A DNA stretch of 64,000 nucleotides from an uncultured bacterium. Lineage in GTDB: Bacteria; UBP6; UBA1177. The stretch spans positions 6,967-70,966 of the forward strand of contig CAJOMF010000001.1 of NCBI GenBank assembly GCA_905235605.1. The letters run 5' to 3'. Below are positions 28,500 through 36,987 of this stretch, in pieces. Position numbers and translations under genes: made by a program. Position 1 is the stretch's first letter; the number at the start of each line of letters is the position of its first letter. The notes below the pieces were generated by a model. It did no database searches, had not been told where the DNA came from, and saw only the letters and a program-made list of their open reading frames with translations.

Positions 28500-28889
28500 A
28501 GAAAAAATTTGATTTTTGTTCCGAAATCCCTAAAATACACCGTTTATTGTTGCTGATAAGTAGCAGATGTTATTTGTGCGATCTGGGAAGGTTTCCCGCT
28601 TGTCGCGAACGGCATACATTTTGCCGGCAGATAACGAAGTTACGGAAAGCTTAAAAGTTTTTTGTGACTTCGGATGGTTGTTTATCGGGTATAAACAGTC
28701 ATTTTTACTCAGCATAACATTGGAATTTGTTTTTACCGGCATGGGCGGCGAGTGTTTTTAAGGTATTAGCCTGATTTTTTTGAACCTTTCCGTTTTCTAT
28801 TGCCGGCAAAACAAAAAAGTTGCATACCAAAATGGTAGCATTTTTTTCAACAAGGGCAGTTCTATGTTTTTGAAAACCCGGGAGACAAA

Positions 28890-29363
28890 ATGACGAAAAA
28901 AACAGATGTTATGGTTTTGATCGATCTGGTTAGGGCGCTCGGTTATAAAAATCCCGAAAAGCTCGCAAACTGGATCCGCGACATTATTAAAAACAAGGAA
29001 GATTTCGACAAACGGTTTCATGTTGCAGGACCTGAGCGCGATTTCGGCAGGCGGGAAGAAAAATTCCTGCTTGATGCCGATGCCGTCGTGCTGGTGGAAA
29101 ATCTCTGCTTTCTCAAGCCTTACATGTCGTGTTTCGGAAAGTCGATGGAGGACAGTCGGGAATTTCAGCCCTACAGGATCCTTGCAAAAGACAAAGGCTT
29201 CGACAGGAAGGAGCTTGAAAGAAAATATAAACGGCTTCACGCCGAACTTCAGGCGATGAAAGAGGAGAGTGAGAAAGCACTCAAGGAACTCGAGATTTTC
29301 CATTCTATTCTTATGAACGGCAAACCTGTTGATATTACTAAGGAAAAACTGGTGAAAAAATAA
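28890..29363 (+). CDS. Putative DNA-binding protein, Bro-N/antirepressor-like N-terminus with coiled-coil tail
   Basis: GGAG RBS; LIDLVRALGYKNP resembles the Bro-N DVA.ALGY.NP motif. Confidence 0.5.
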   Translation: MTKKTDVMVLIDLVRALGYKNPEKLANWIRDIIKNKEDFDKRFHVAGPERDFGRREEKFLLDADAVVLVENLCFLKPYMSCFGKSMEDSREFQPYRILAKDKGFDRKELERKYKRLHAELQAMKEESEKALKELEIFHSILMNGKPVDITKEKLVKK

Positions 29364-29434
29364 TTCTTGTCAACCAATTTGGTAGATTTATCTGGTCTTT
29401 GTTTTGTTTGTTTACTATTTTTTAGGAGGAAAAA

Positions 29435-30529
29435 ATGAACAAATTTCTTGTTTGCGCAGCTCTTTTGACTGCAATGGTTCTTACGATTTCCTGCGGCGGC
29501 AGCAGCAGTGGCGGTGAAAGTTATTATCAGGAATGTACTTATGGAGCTCATGTCTGCAAATACGGGAATTCCTACTACTGCGGCTATTCAGGAAACTATT
29601 TGATTTGGCAGCTGTCCGAATATTGTAGTTACGGATGTGATTCCTGGACTGGAAAATGTTCCGATAGTCAAAGCTCTGATTCGGAATGTTCTTCCGGAGA
29701 ATATAAGTGTTCCGGCTCTTATTCCTACTCGTGTTACAATGGTTACTGGAGCTATGATGAATACTGCGATTACGGCTGTAACTCTTCTACAGGAAAATGC
29801 AACAGCAGCTCCCTGAATTTGTCCTGTATGTCGATTTACAGCTGTTATGCTGATTGTGAAGACAACGCATGTGCGCGAAAGTGTGTGGACAACGGTTCTG
29901 AAACCGGTCAGCGTCAATTTTATGCAATGTATAACTGTTGGACAGACAACTGCTCTGATGCAGAGACTAATGAAGAATTTACAGACTGTGTCTACGGCAA
30001 CTGTGCAAAAGAAATGAAAGACTGCGGATTTACTGTTCCGGACGGCAATGATGATCCCAGTGATCCCACAGAGCAGGCTTCTGATGACTGTGCCGAAGGT
30101 TTGTTCTACTACCAGGGTTCATGCCAGAGTCCGTGGGGCAAAAAATGGATAGTCACTTTTGTAGACGCAAAAGTTACTGAAAAAAATGCGGACGGAGAGG
30201 CTTGGGATGCGCTGGGCGGACTTCCGGATCTTTTCGCGGTTGTAAAAATCAACGGCAAAGAGGTTTTCAGAACAAACGAAGGCAGCGACTCTACTGCTGC
30301 GACATGGAATGAAGATGCTACAATAGATTTTTCTGCAAAAACAGACAAAATCACCTATTGTCTTTACGACGGTGATGCTGTAGGCGGCGATACCAGTTCC
30401 GATATGGTATCTTCAAACGATGAAGTAGGTTGCTGGGATCATGAATTCGAATGGTTCAGCCTTGATAAAGTAACCGTTACTTCAGATGTCGTTGACCACT
30501 TTGATTTTTCTCTTGAACCTGCATGGTAA
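29435..30529 (+). CDS. Cys-rich lipoprotein with 10-Cys module and C-terminal C2-like domain
   Basis: Lipobox TISC; YCxYGCxSxTGKC repeats; WDALGGLPDLFAVV...TWNE...LYDGD. Confidence 0.8.
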   Translation: MNKFLVCAALLTAMVLTISCGGSSSGGESYYQECTYGAHVCKYGNSYYCGYSGNYLIWQLSEYCSYGCDSWTGKCSDSQSSDSECSSGEYKCSGSYSYSCYNGYWSYDEYCDYGCNSSTGKCNSSSLNLSCMSIYSCYADCEDNACARKCVDNGSETGQRQFYAMYNCWTDNCSDAETNEEFTDCVYGNCAKEMKDCGFTVPDGNDDPSDPTEQASDDCAEGLFYYQGSCQSPWGKKWIVTFVDAKVTEKNADGEAWDALGGLPDLFAVVKINGKEVFRTNEGSDSTAATWNEDATIDFSAKTDKITYCLYDGDAVGGDTSSDMVSSNDEVGCWDHEFEWFSLDKVTVTSDVVDHFDFSLEPAW

Positions 30530-30702
30530 ACAAAAATTCCTGTCGTCTACTAAGCTGAAAATCCGCTTCTCTTGATTTAGCCGAATAAATCACTAAAATC
30601 CAACAGTTTTCAACTTTTTTGGAAAAAAGTTCATTTTAGAGTCAGAAAAATTGACACTTGGTGAAACTAAATAACAGTGTTTTTTGATTTTTGGAGGCAA
30701 AA

Positions 30703-31386
30703 ATGAAAAAGATTTCTTTGTTTATGTTAATGATTTTCGGAATTTTCATGCTTTTTGCTACTGATGCTGCACCTGAGACTGCTCAGGAAAATGCTGCTGC
30801 TCCCGAAACGGCTCAAACACCCGCAGAACCTGCTGCTGAACAGGCTCAACCCGCTGAAACCGCACAGGAACCCGCCGCTGAACCGGCTCAGGAACCAGCC
30901 GGAAATGCACCGGAACCTGTAGAGACGTCACCTGAGACGTCTCAAGAACCTGTAGAAAACACAATGGAACCGGTCTCTGAGGTTGTTGAAGAACCGGTAA
31001 AAAAGGCACCTCGTGCAGGAAAGCCGCAGAAAATCAAATACTACAGACCTTACTTGGGTGCCGGAATCCCGCTTATCGTCATCGGTTCGGTATCTTTTGC
31101 ACTTATGATGCCGGCGATGGGAACTATGGCGTTTGCCGCATCGGACGCATGCGAAGGCAAGGACTGGGGTTTCTGCGAACAGCTTCATGACAACAATAAG
31201 AAACACCACACCGCATGGACTGTCGGTGCAGTTATGACGGGTGTCGTAGGTGCCGGCATGATCGCAGTCGGATCGTGGCTCACAAGTATTCAGAAACCGA
31301 GAGAAAATCAGTGCGTTACACTGGAAGGTGTAGCAGTCCTTCCGACCAAAGACGGAATGTACGCTTCCATAGGTCTGGGTTTCTGA
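30703..31386 (+). CDS. Exported protein with Ala/Pro/Glu-rich stalk, hydrophobic hairpin and terminal Phe
   Basis: GGAGG RBS and ATG 30703; signal peptide; ends GMYASIGLGF. Confidence 0.75.
   Translation: MKKISLFMLMIFGIFMLFATDAAPETAQENAAAPETAQTPAEPAAEQAQPAETAQEPAAEPAQEPAGNAPEPVETSPETSQEPVENTMEPVSEVVEEPVKKAPRAGKPQKIKYYRPYLGAGIPLIVIGSVSFALMMPAMGTMAFAASDACEGKDWGFCEQLHDNNKKHHTAWTVGAVMTGVVGAGMIAVGSWLTSIQKPRENQCVTLEGVAVLPTKDGMYASIGLGF
30919..30943 (+). repeat. GTAG-headed REP-like hairpin, in frame (VETSPETS)
   Basis: GTAGAGACGTCACCTGAGACGTCTC; stem GAGACGTC/GACGTCTC; identical to 34611-34635. Confidence 0.75.
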
Positions 31387-31431
31387 CCGCATTTTTCCTG
31401 ATTTCCGAATCCGAAAAATCGTCTTCTTAAA

Positions 31432-31459
31432 TTGACAATTCACTCTCCATCTTTAGAAT
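31432..31459 (+). promoter_or_regulatory. Sigma70-like promoter of the leuC-family operon (TTGACA-16-TAGAAT)
   Basis: TTGACA 31432-31437, TAGAAT 31454-31459. Confidence 0.65.
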
Positions 31460-31491
31460 AAGCCGCTTATGTTTTTTGGAGGGGAAAAATT

Positions 31492-32703
31492 ATGGGAAAG
31501 ACTGTCATTGAAAAGATTTTTTACGACCATCTGATCGACAAAAATGAGCCCGTTACGCCGGGTTCGATCGTCTGGATCAATATTGACTACAAAAGTGCCA
31601 GGGATTTCGGCGGCGCAAATGTCGTCAACAACCTTGAAAGCAAGTTTTCAGGCTCTCTTATCGCCGATAAAGAGCGCACAATGTTTACTTTTGACTGCGT
31701 TGCACCGGCAAAAACGATCCCTTATGCCGTAAATCAGCAGAGATGCAGGGTTTTTGCAAGAAAGGAAGGGCTCAAAGTCTACGATGTCGATTCGGGGATC
31801 GGGTCTCACATCCTTATCGACGAATACGCAAAGCCGGGAATGACGATCGTCAGCACTGACAGCCACTTCAACATCATGGGTGCTATAAGCTGCTTCGGTC
31901 AGGGAATGGGAGACGTCGATATTTCATACATCTGGAAAACAGGCAGGACCTGGTTCGAAGTGCCGCAGAGCGTGAAACTTACTCTCAAGGGAACACGCAA
32001 GCCCGGCATAAAAGCTAAAGATATCGTTCTTTTCATGCTGAAAAAGTTCGGTTCGCGTACTTTTCTCGGTCAGGTCGTCGAACTCTACGGCGAAGAGGCT
32101 GCTAAACTCACTCTCGACGAAAGAGTCACGATCGCCAGCATGGGAACCGAGATGGGTGTAATTTCGATAATGATCCCGACGACAGGGCTTGAAGGTTTCA
32201 AAGAGATCAAGGCTGATCCCGATGCAAAATATGCCGCTGAATACGAGCTTGACCTCGATGCACTCACTGAGCCGCAGGTAGCAGCTCCGCCGCATCCGCA
32301 CAACGTCCACAACGTCAGCGAATTTGCGGGAAAGGCGGTTGATACGGTATTCATCGGAAGCTGCACGAACGGCAGGATCTCCGATTTTGAAGATGTTGCC
32401 AGAATAGTCAAAGGCAAAAAGATCAAAACGAACGGATACATTGTTCCGTCATCACGCAGGATCTACGGCGAACTTATGAAATCGGGCATTCTCGAGATAC
32501 TTTTCGATGCAGGTTTCGTAATCGCAAATCCGGGCTGCGGCGGCTGTGCTTCAGGTCAGATCGGAATGACGGGCGACGGCGAAGTCATCGTTTCGACTTC
32601 GAACCGCAACTTCAAAGGCAAACAGGGAAACGGCGAAGTCCACTTGGCAAGCCCTGCAACGGCTGCATACTCGGCATTGAAAGGGGAGATCTGTGGATTC
32701 TGA
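31492..32703 (+). CDS. leuC: Isopropylmalate/homocitrate dehydratase family large subunit (short type); substrate uncertain
   Basis: STDSH, FIGSCTNGR, NPGCGGC, STSNRNFKGKQG, HLASPATAA. Confidence 0.85.
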   Translation: MGKTVIEKIFYDHLIDKNEPVTPGSIVWINIDYKSARDFGGANVVNNLESKFSGSLIADKERTMFTFDCVAPAKTIPYAVNQQRCRVFARKEGLKVYDVDSGIGSHILIDEYAKPGMTIVSTDSHFNIMGAISCFGQGMGDVDISYIWKTGRTWFEVPQSVKLTLKGTRKPGIKAKDIVLFMLKKFGSRTFLGQVVELYGEEAAKLTLDERVTIASMGTEMGVISIMIPTTGLEGFKEIKADPDAKYAAEYELDLDALTEPQVAAPPHPHNVHNVSEFAGKAVDTVFIGSCTNGRISDFEDVARIVKGKKIKTNGYIVPSSRRIYGELMKSGILEILFDAGFVIANPGCGGCASGQIGMTGDGEVIVSTSNRNFKGKQGNGEVHLASPATAAYSALKGEICGF

Positions 32704-34111
32704 GAATTTGATCTCGCTCCTCTTTGTTTTGGATTCGTCTCCGCAGAGCGACGCGTCCCTTGCATTTTTCAACAGTTTTATTGAGCAGCTTATCGACTGC
32801 ATGGCTGAAAAAGCTGCTCTGACTGTGTTTTATCCCGAATTTTCGGACAAAGAGGAACATTTTTCGCTCAGCATAACGCAAATGCCGAAATACCGCCGCA
32901 TGGTAACGTACATTCCGACGCGGCTCGAATCTTTCAGCGAAACTTATCTCAACGAAAAAATGGAAGGTGTTTTCAGCTTCATTCTGAAGGAAGACCACTT
33001 TGACACGATCCACATCTGGAGCCTCAAAAACCACTCTTTCAACTATCCTGCAATCGCGAAAGAGCGCGGGATTCCGGTGGTTTACACTTTCTGCGACGGA
33101 TTCCTTTTTTCAAATTCGATTTTCGAAAAAGGCTTGGGCGAAAACGGTGAAAAAGTCAGAGTTTCAAATTTTGTGAACTCTTCGGTAACCTCTTTTGTCC
33201 GCAGATTGTTCAGCGCCGTCAAGCCGAAACCGCGCTCGTACTGGTTTGAAAACATCGGCAGATTCAGCCGTTACTACAACCGCACATCCGAAAGCGGGAT
33301 CGACCCCGAAGTGTTTGAAGAACGTGCCGGAATAGCTGATGAAGTCATATCTTTCTGCGACAAGTTCGTGTTCTTTTCGGAACTTGAATACAACCTCTTT
33401 TACCGCCCGCTGATTCCCGAAAGCAAGGTTGCTTTCATGGAGCAGGGGATAATGCGTGAACTCGATTTCTGGAACCGTCCTTTTGAGATCGAAGGAGCAG
33501 TCAAATTCTGTTTCACGGGTGAAATCCTGCCGGAAGAGGGGATCTTTGAACTTGTCGAAGCGTTCAACATCCTTTACAGCGAAGGATTCCGCAACGAACT
33601 GCATGTCTACGGCGAAACGCACGAAAATTCGCCTTATTTCAGCAGGCTCAAACAGCGCGTAAAAAGCCCGGACATTTTTTTCCACGGCTCGATTCAGGGG
33701 GGAAGGATAAACGCCGCACTCAATACGGCAGATGTTCTGATCGTGCCTGCAAAATGGATGCGCAGCGATACTTTTCTCGTCAACAACGCTGTTTCCGAAA
33801 GAAAGGCACTCATAGTCTCGGGAAGGAATGCGCTTGCCGAAAAAGTGAGAAAGTCGGGCAGGGGGATCATTCTTGACGAAGTGACTCCCCGCGCGATCGC
33901 AGACGCTGTTTCGGAGCTTGAGCGCAACAGAAAAAGGCTTTACTATTTCATGCGGGTCACCGACGATTTCAGAGTGCCGGATATAAACGAAAACTGCGAG
34001 GCACTGAATTCGCTTTACGGTGAAATTGCCAAAAATTATAAAGAAGCTGATCCGCTTTTACTGGCGAGAAAACTTAACAGAAGAAGAAAAGAGAGGCAGC
34101 AACGTGGATAA
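32693..34111 (+). CDS. GT4-like glycosyltransferase-fold protein with degenerate motif
   Basis: GTG start overlapping leuC; IHIWSL..AKERGIPVVYT, FTGEILPEEG, ADVLIVPAKW. Confidence 0.7.
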   Translation: MDSENLISLLFVLDSSPQSDASLAFFNSFIEQLIDCMAEKAALTVFYPEFSDKEEHFSLSITQMPKYRRMVTYIPTRLESFSETYLNEKMEGVFSFILKEDHFDTIHIWSLKNHSFNYPAIAKERGIPVVYTFCDGFLFSNSIFEKGLGENGEKVRVSNFVNSSVTSFVRRLFSAVKPKPRSYWFENIGRFSRYYNRTSESGIDPEVFEERAGIADEVISFCDKFVFFSELEYNLFYRPLIPESKVAFMEQGIMRELDFWNRPFEIEGAVKFCFTGEILPEEGIFELVEAFNILYSEGFRNELHVYGETHENSPYFSRLKQRVKSPDIFFHGSIQGGRINAALNTADVLIVPAKWMRSDTFLVNNAVSERKALIVSGRNALAEKVRKSGRGIILDEVTPRAIADAVSELERNRKRLYYFMRVTDDFRVPDINENCEALNSLYGEIAKNYKEADPLLLARKLNRRRKERQQRG

Positions 34112-34967
34112 ATTGAAAAACAGCGGCACTCCTACGCCGGCTTTGGTCGTAAAACTTGTAATCGTACTTGTTTTTCTGCTCACGGCAGCTTTTGTGAGCG
34201 GAGTAGTCATAGGGAAAAACGGCAGGCGGAATGTCGACAGAACGAGTTCCGACGAAGAAGGGATAAATGAAAAACTTTCAAACTGCATTTTCAATTCAGA
34301 CGAACTTCGTGAAAAATACCTGAAACTCAGGGATGCGGCGCGTGAAAAAGGGCTTGTAGACGAGAATGACGTCGTCAACAGCAAGGTTGTCTGCAAACCT
34401 GAAACAAAACCCGTGGAAAAACCGGTTGAGCCTGAACCTGCACCCGTAGAGACGTCTCCTGAAACGTCTCCGGCAGGCAAACCCGACGAACCTGAATCCG
34501 TAGAGACGTCGCCTGAGACGTCTCAAAAAGAACCGTCTGAACCGGAAAAACCGAAACCTGTCGAAACAAAACCTGAAGAAAAACCCGTAGAAAAACCTGC
34601 AGACAAAAAAGTAGAGACGTCACCTGAGACGTCTCAAAAAGAACCCGCAAAACCGGAGAAAACCGAAAAACCTGATAAAAACAAGACGATCGATGAAATA
34701 CTGACAGAGAAAAAAGCGGAACCTGCGAAAGAAAAAGGGCAGAAGTGCCGCTATTCGATACAGATTTTTGCCGCAAACACAAAAGAGCAGGCTGATGCGG
34801 CTGCCAAAAAGCTGAAATCTCTGAAACCGCGCATTGTCAGCGGCGGGGACAAAGGTAAAACTTGGTATAAGCTGAGAACCGGCTGTTTCGATTCGGTAGA
34901 AGCCGCTGAAGCTGAATTGCCGAAAGTCAAAAAATCGGAAAAATCGGCATATATTGTCTCGGAATAA
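34104..34967 (+). CDS. SPOR-domain membrane protein (FtsN/DedD-like)
   Basis: GTG 34104 after GAGAGG; single TM, P/E/K-rich linker, YSIQIFAA...WYKLRTGCF SPOR domain. Confidence 0.85.
   Translation: MDKLKNSGTPTPALVVKLVIVLVFLLTAAFVSGVVIGKNGRRNVDRTSSDEEGINEKLSNCIFNSDELREKYLKLRDAAREKGLVDENDVVNSKVVCKPETKPVEKPVEPEPAPVETSPETSPAGKPDEPESVETSPETSQKEPSEPEKPKPVETKPEEKPVEKPADKKVETSPETSQKEPAKPEKTEKPDKNKTIDEILTEKKAEPAKEKGQKCRYSIQIFAANTKEQADAAAKKLKSLKPRIVSGGDKGKTWYKLRTGCFDSVEAAEAELPKVKKSEKSAYIVSE
34446..34635 (+). repeat. Three in-frame GTAG REP-like hairpins (34446-34470, 34500-34524, 34611-34635)
   Basis: GTAGAGACGTCNCCTGARACGTCTC, each encoding VETSPETS. Confidence 0.75.
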
Positions 34968-34988
34968 TAATTTTTAAAGGAGGAATCC

Positions 34989-35492
34989 ATGGCAATCATC
35001 AAAGGAAAGGTTTTCGTTTACGGACACGATGTGAACACCGACGTCATTTTCCCCGGAAAATACACATACACCGTGACTGACCCGAAAGAGATCGCGTCTC
35101 ATGCGCTTGAAGACGAAGATCCGGATTTTATTAAAGAAGTTAAACCAGGAGACATTATTGTAGCCGGCAAAAACTTCGGCTGCGGCTCATCACGAGAACA
35201 GGCTGCTTTCTGTTTCAAGTACCTGGGCATGGGTGCTGTGATCGCCGAATCGTACAGCAGAATTTATTTCAGAAACTGCATCAACGCAGGACTTCCCGCA
35301 CTCGAGATCAAAAACCTTCTCGGCAAAGTCAAAAGGGGAGACACCCTTGAAATCAACACTGAAACCGGAACGGTTTTCCTTCCTGACGGTTCGACTGTCA
35401 CATTCCCGCCGCTTCCTCCAGAAGTTGACGAAATCATGCAGAAAGGCGGTCTCGACGAATATATCAAGGCAAAACTGGCTGCGAAAAATTAA
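34989..35492 (+). CDS. leuD: Isopropylmalate/homocitrate dehydratase family small subunit
   Basis: [41 protein letters not shown]. Confidence 0.9.
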   Translation: MAIIKGKVFVYGHDVNTDVIFPGKYTYTVTDPKEIASHALEDEDPDFIKEVKPGDIIVAGKNFGCGSSREQAAFCFKYLGMGAVIAESYSRIYFRNCINAGLPALEIKNLLGKVKRGDTLEINTETGTVFLPDGSTVTFPPLPPEVDEIMQKGGLDEYIKAKLAAKN

Positions 35493-35513
35493 TTTCTTAA
35501 AATTCAATCTCTA

Positions 35514-35537
35514 TATATCGATATTTCGATATCACGA
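35514..35537. repeat. AT-rich octamer array (nATnnCGn x3)
   Basis: tatatcga tatttcga tatcacga, between convergent stops. Confidence 0.6.
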
Positions 35538-35539
35538 TA

Positions 35540-36343
35540 TTAAAGACTGAGGGATTTCCTCGGTTTTTCAGGTCTTGGATTGTCTGAAGTTGCCGTGTAG
35601 TCGAAGTTTACTTCAACTTCGTCGTCGCTGTCTCCTTTCGGGAAGACGGTGTCTTCAAGTTTTTCGACAGTACAGTTGATAACGTATTTGTCGGTGAAAG
35701 TGTTGTTTCTGAGTTTGATGTCGTAAACTTCGCCGTCAGGGTCGATTGTGAATTTGAGTGTGAATTTTCCCTGTAATTTCGGGTTCTTTGCTTTGCGGTT
35801 ATCGAAGCATTCCTTGAACTTCTTCATCTTTGCAAGCGAAGCTATCGTCTGTGTGCGCAGATCGTTTACTTTATGTTTCTCCTTAGCTCTGTGTTTTTCT
35901 TTTACGACCTTGTAGGAAAGAGTGAATTCGGCATCTCTGGAATTTCCGGGTCTTACACCGATCTGTTCCATCTCTTTTTTGATGCATTTCGCGATTTTGT
36001 TGGCATTTTTCGATTTCATTTTCTCGATTTCGATCGTTTCGAAAAAGCCTTCATCGTCGATATTGAGGTCAAAACCGATATTCATGTTTTCGGCTTCGCC
36101 GGGTTTTACAGTGACCTGGTAGCAGTTGATAAAATCCTCATCGAGCATCTTCATTTTGCGGGCGACTTCGTTATCTTTTGAGTATCCGTAGACTTTAAGC
36201 GTTTCGCCGCCTTCGATTTCGACGTATCCTATTTCGGAGTTGTCACTTTTTTTCGTGTTTTTTTTGGAAGATTTTTTTCCCGATGAACAGGAAAAAACAG
36301 CGCTCAGGCAAACAATTAGAAAGATAACGAATAATTTCTTCAC
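35540..36343 (-). CDS. Lipoprotein with two AgmX/PglI-C (TonB-C-like) domains
   Basis: GTG start overlapping the upstream TGA; lipobox VFSC; KECFDN..KNPKLQGKFTLKFTIDPDG.V...NC. Confidence 0.8.
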   Translation of the reverse strand: MKKLFVIFLIVCLSAVFSCSSGKKSSKKNTKKSDNSEIGYVEIEGGETLKVYGYSKDNEVARKMKMLDEDFINCYQVTVKPGEAENMNIGFDLNIDDEGFFETIEIEKMKSKNANKIAKCIKKEMEQIGVRPGNSRDAEFTLSYKVVKEKHRAKEKHKVNDLRTQTIASLAKMKKFKECFDNRKAKNPKLQGKFTLKFTIDPDGEVYDIKLRNNTFTDKYVINCTVEKLEDTVFPKGDSDDEVEVNFDYTATSDNPRPEKPRKSLSL

Positions 36344-36984
36344 ATCAACCTCTTCTTTAAAAGTTCCGATAGTGAACTGAATACCGGAGCGCCGGTGCTT
36401 TTCAATACTTCCGCCGTGTTGTGACCGCGTGAAACGAGCGCAGCCTCGCATCCGGCCGCTTTAGCCGTTTCGTAGTCGTGGCATGTATCGCCGACAAAAA
36501 GGATTTCGTTTTCTGAATAACCCGATTCGTCGAGGATTTTTCTGCAGAGGTGGGTCTTTCCTTCGGCGTAGTAGTTTTCGATCCCTTCGATAAAGCGGAA
36601 ATATTTGTTTATTCTCAGCATTTCAACATGTCTGTTGAGCATTTTGTGCTCCATCGCAGAAAGGATGCTGACTTCAATTCCGGCTTTGGTAAGCTCTTCA
36701 AGCACGGGAACGACGTCGGGAAATAGTTTCACCTTTTCTATGTCTGCAATGTAGAGTTTCCCGAACTCCTGCGCTATCTCATCCCATTCACCTTTGACGT
36801 CAAGCCCGAGTTCTTTGTAGAAAAGTGATACTGGAAATTGGAAATTTTCTCTGTAATATTCGGTCATTATCGGCTTCATTCTGCGCTTTTCCAAAACGCC
36901 GTTTATCGCGTTGAGATTGAGCCAGACATCGTCGATCAGAGTACCGTTCCAATCGAAAATTATCATTTTTTTTGAGTTTGCCAT
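36340..36984 (-). CDS. HAD phosphatase (Gph-like)
   Basis: FDWNGTL, ILSAM, FVGDTCHD. Confidence 0.9.
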   Translation of the reverse strand: MANSKKMIIFDWNGTLIDDVWLNLNAINGVLEKRRMKPIMTEYYRENFQFPVSLFYKELGLDVKGEWDEIAQEFGKLYIADIEKVKLFPDVVPVLEELTKAGIEVSILSAMEHKMLNRHVEMLRINKYFRFIEGIENYYAEGKTHLCRKILDESGYSENEILFVGDTCHDYETAKAAGCEAALVSRGHNTAEVLKSTGAPVFSSLSELLKKRLM

Positions 36985-36987
36985 TTT

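Noticed and set aside
28801-28826. Sigma54 promoter before the Bro-like gene
   Set aside because: The GG and GC dinucleotides are not at the -24/-12 spacing.
26217-29363. Prophage or integrative element
   Set aside because: No integrase, structural genes, tRNA target or att direct repeats were seen; only one phage-like regulator.
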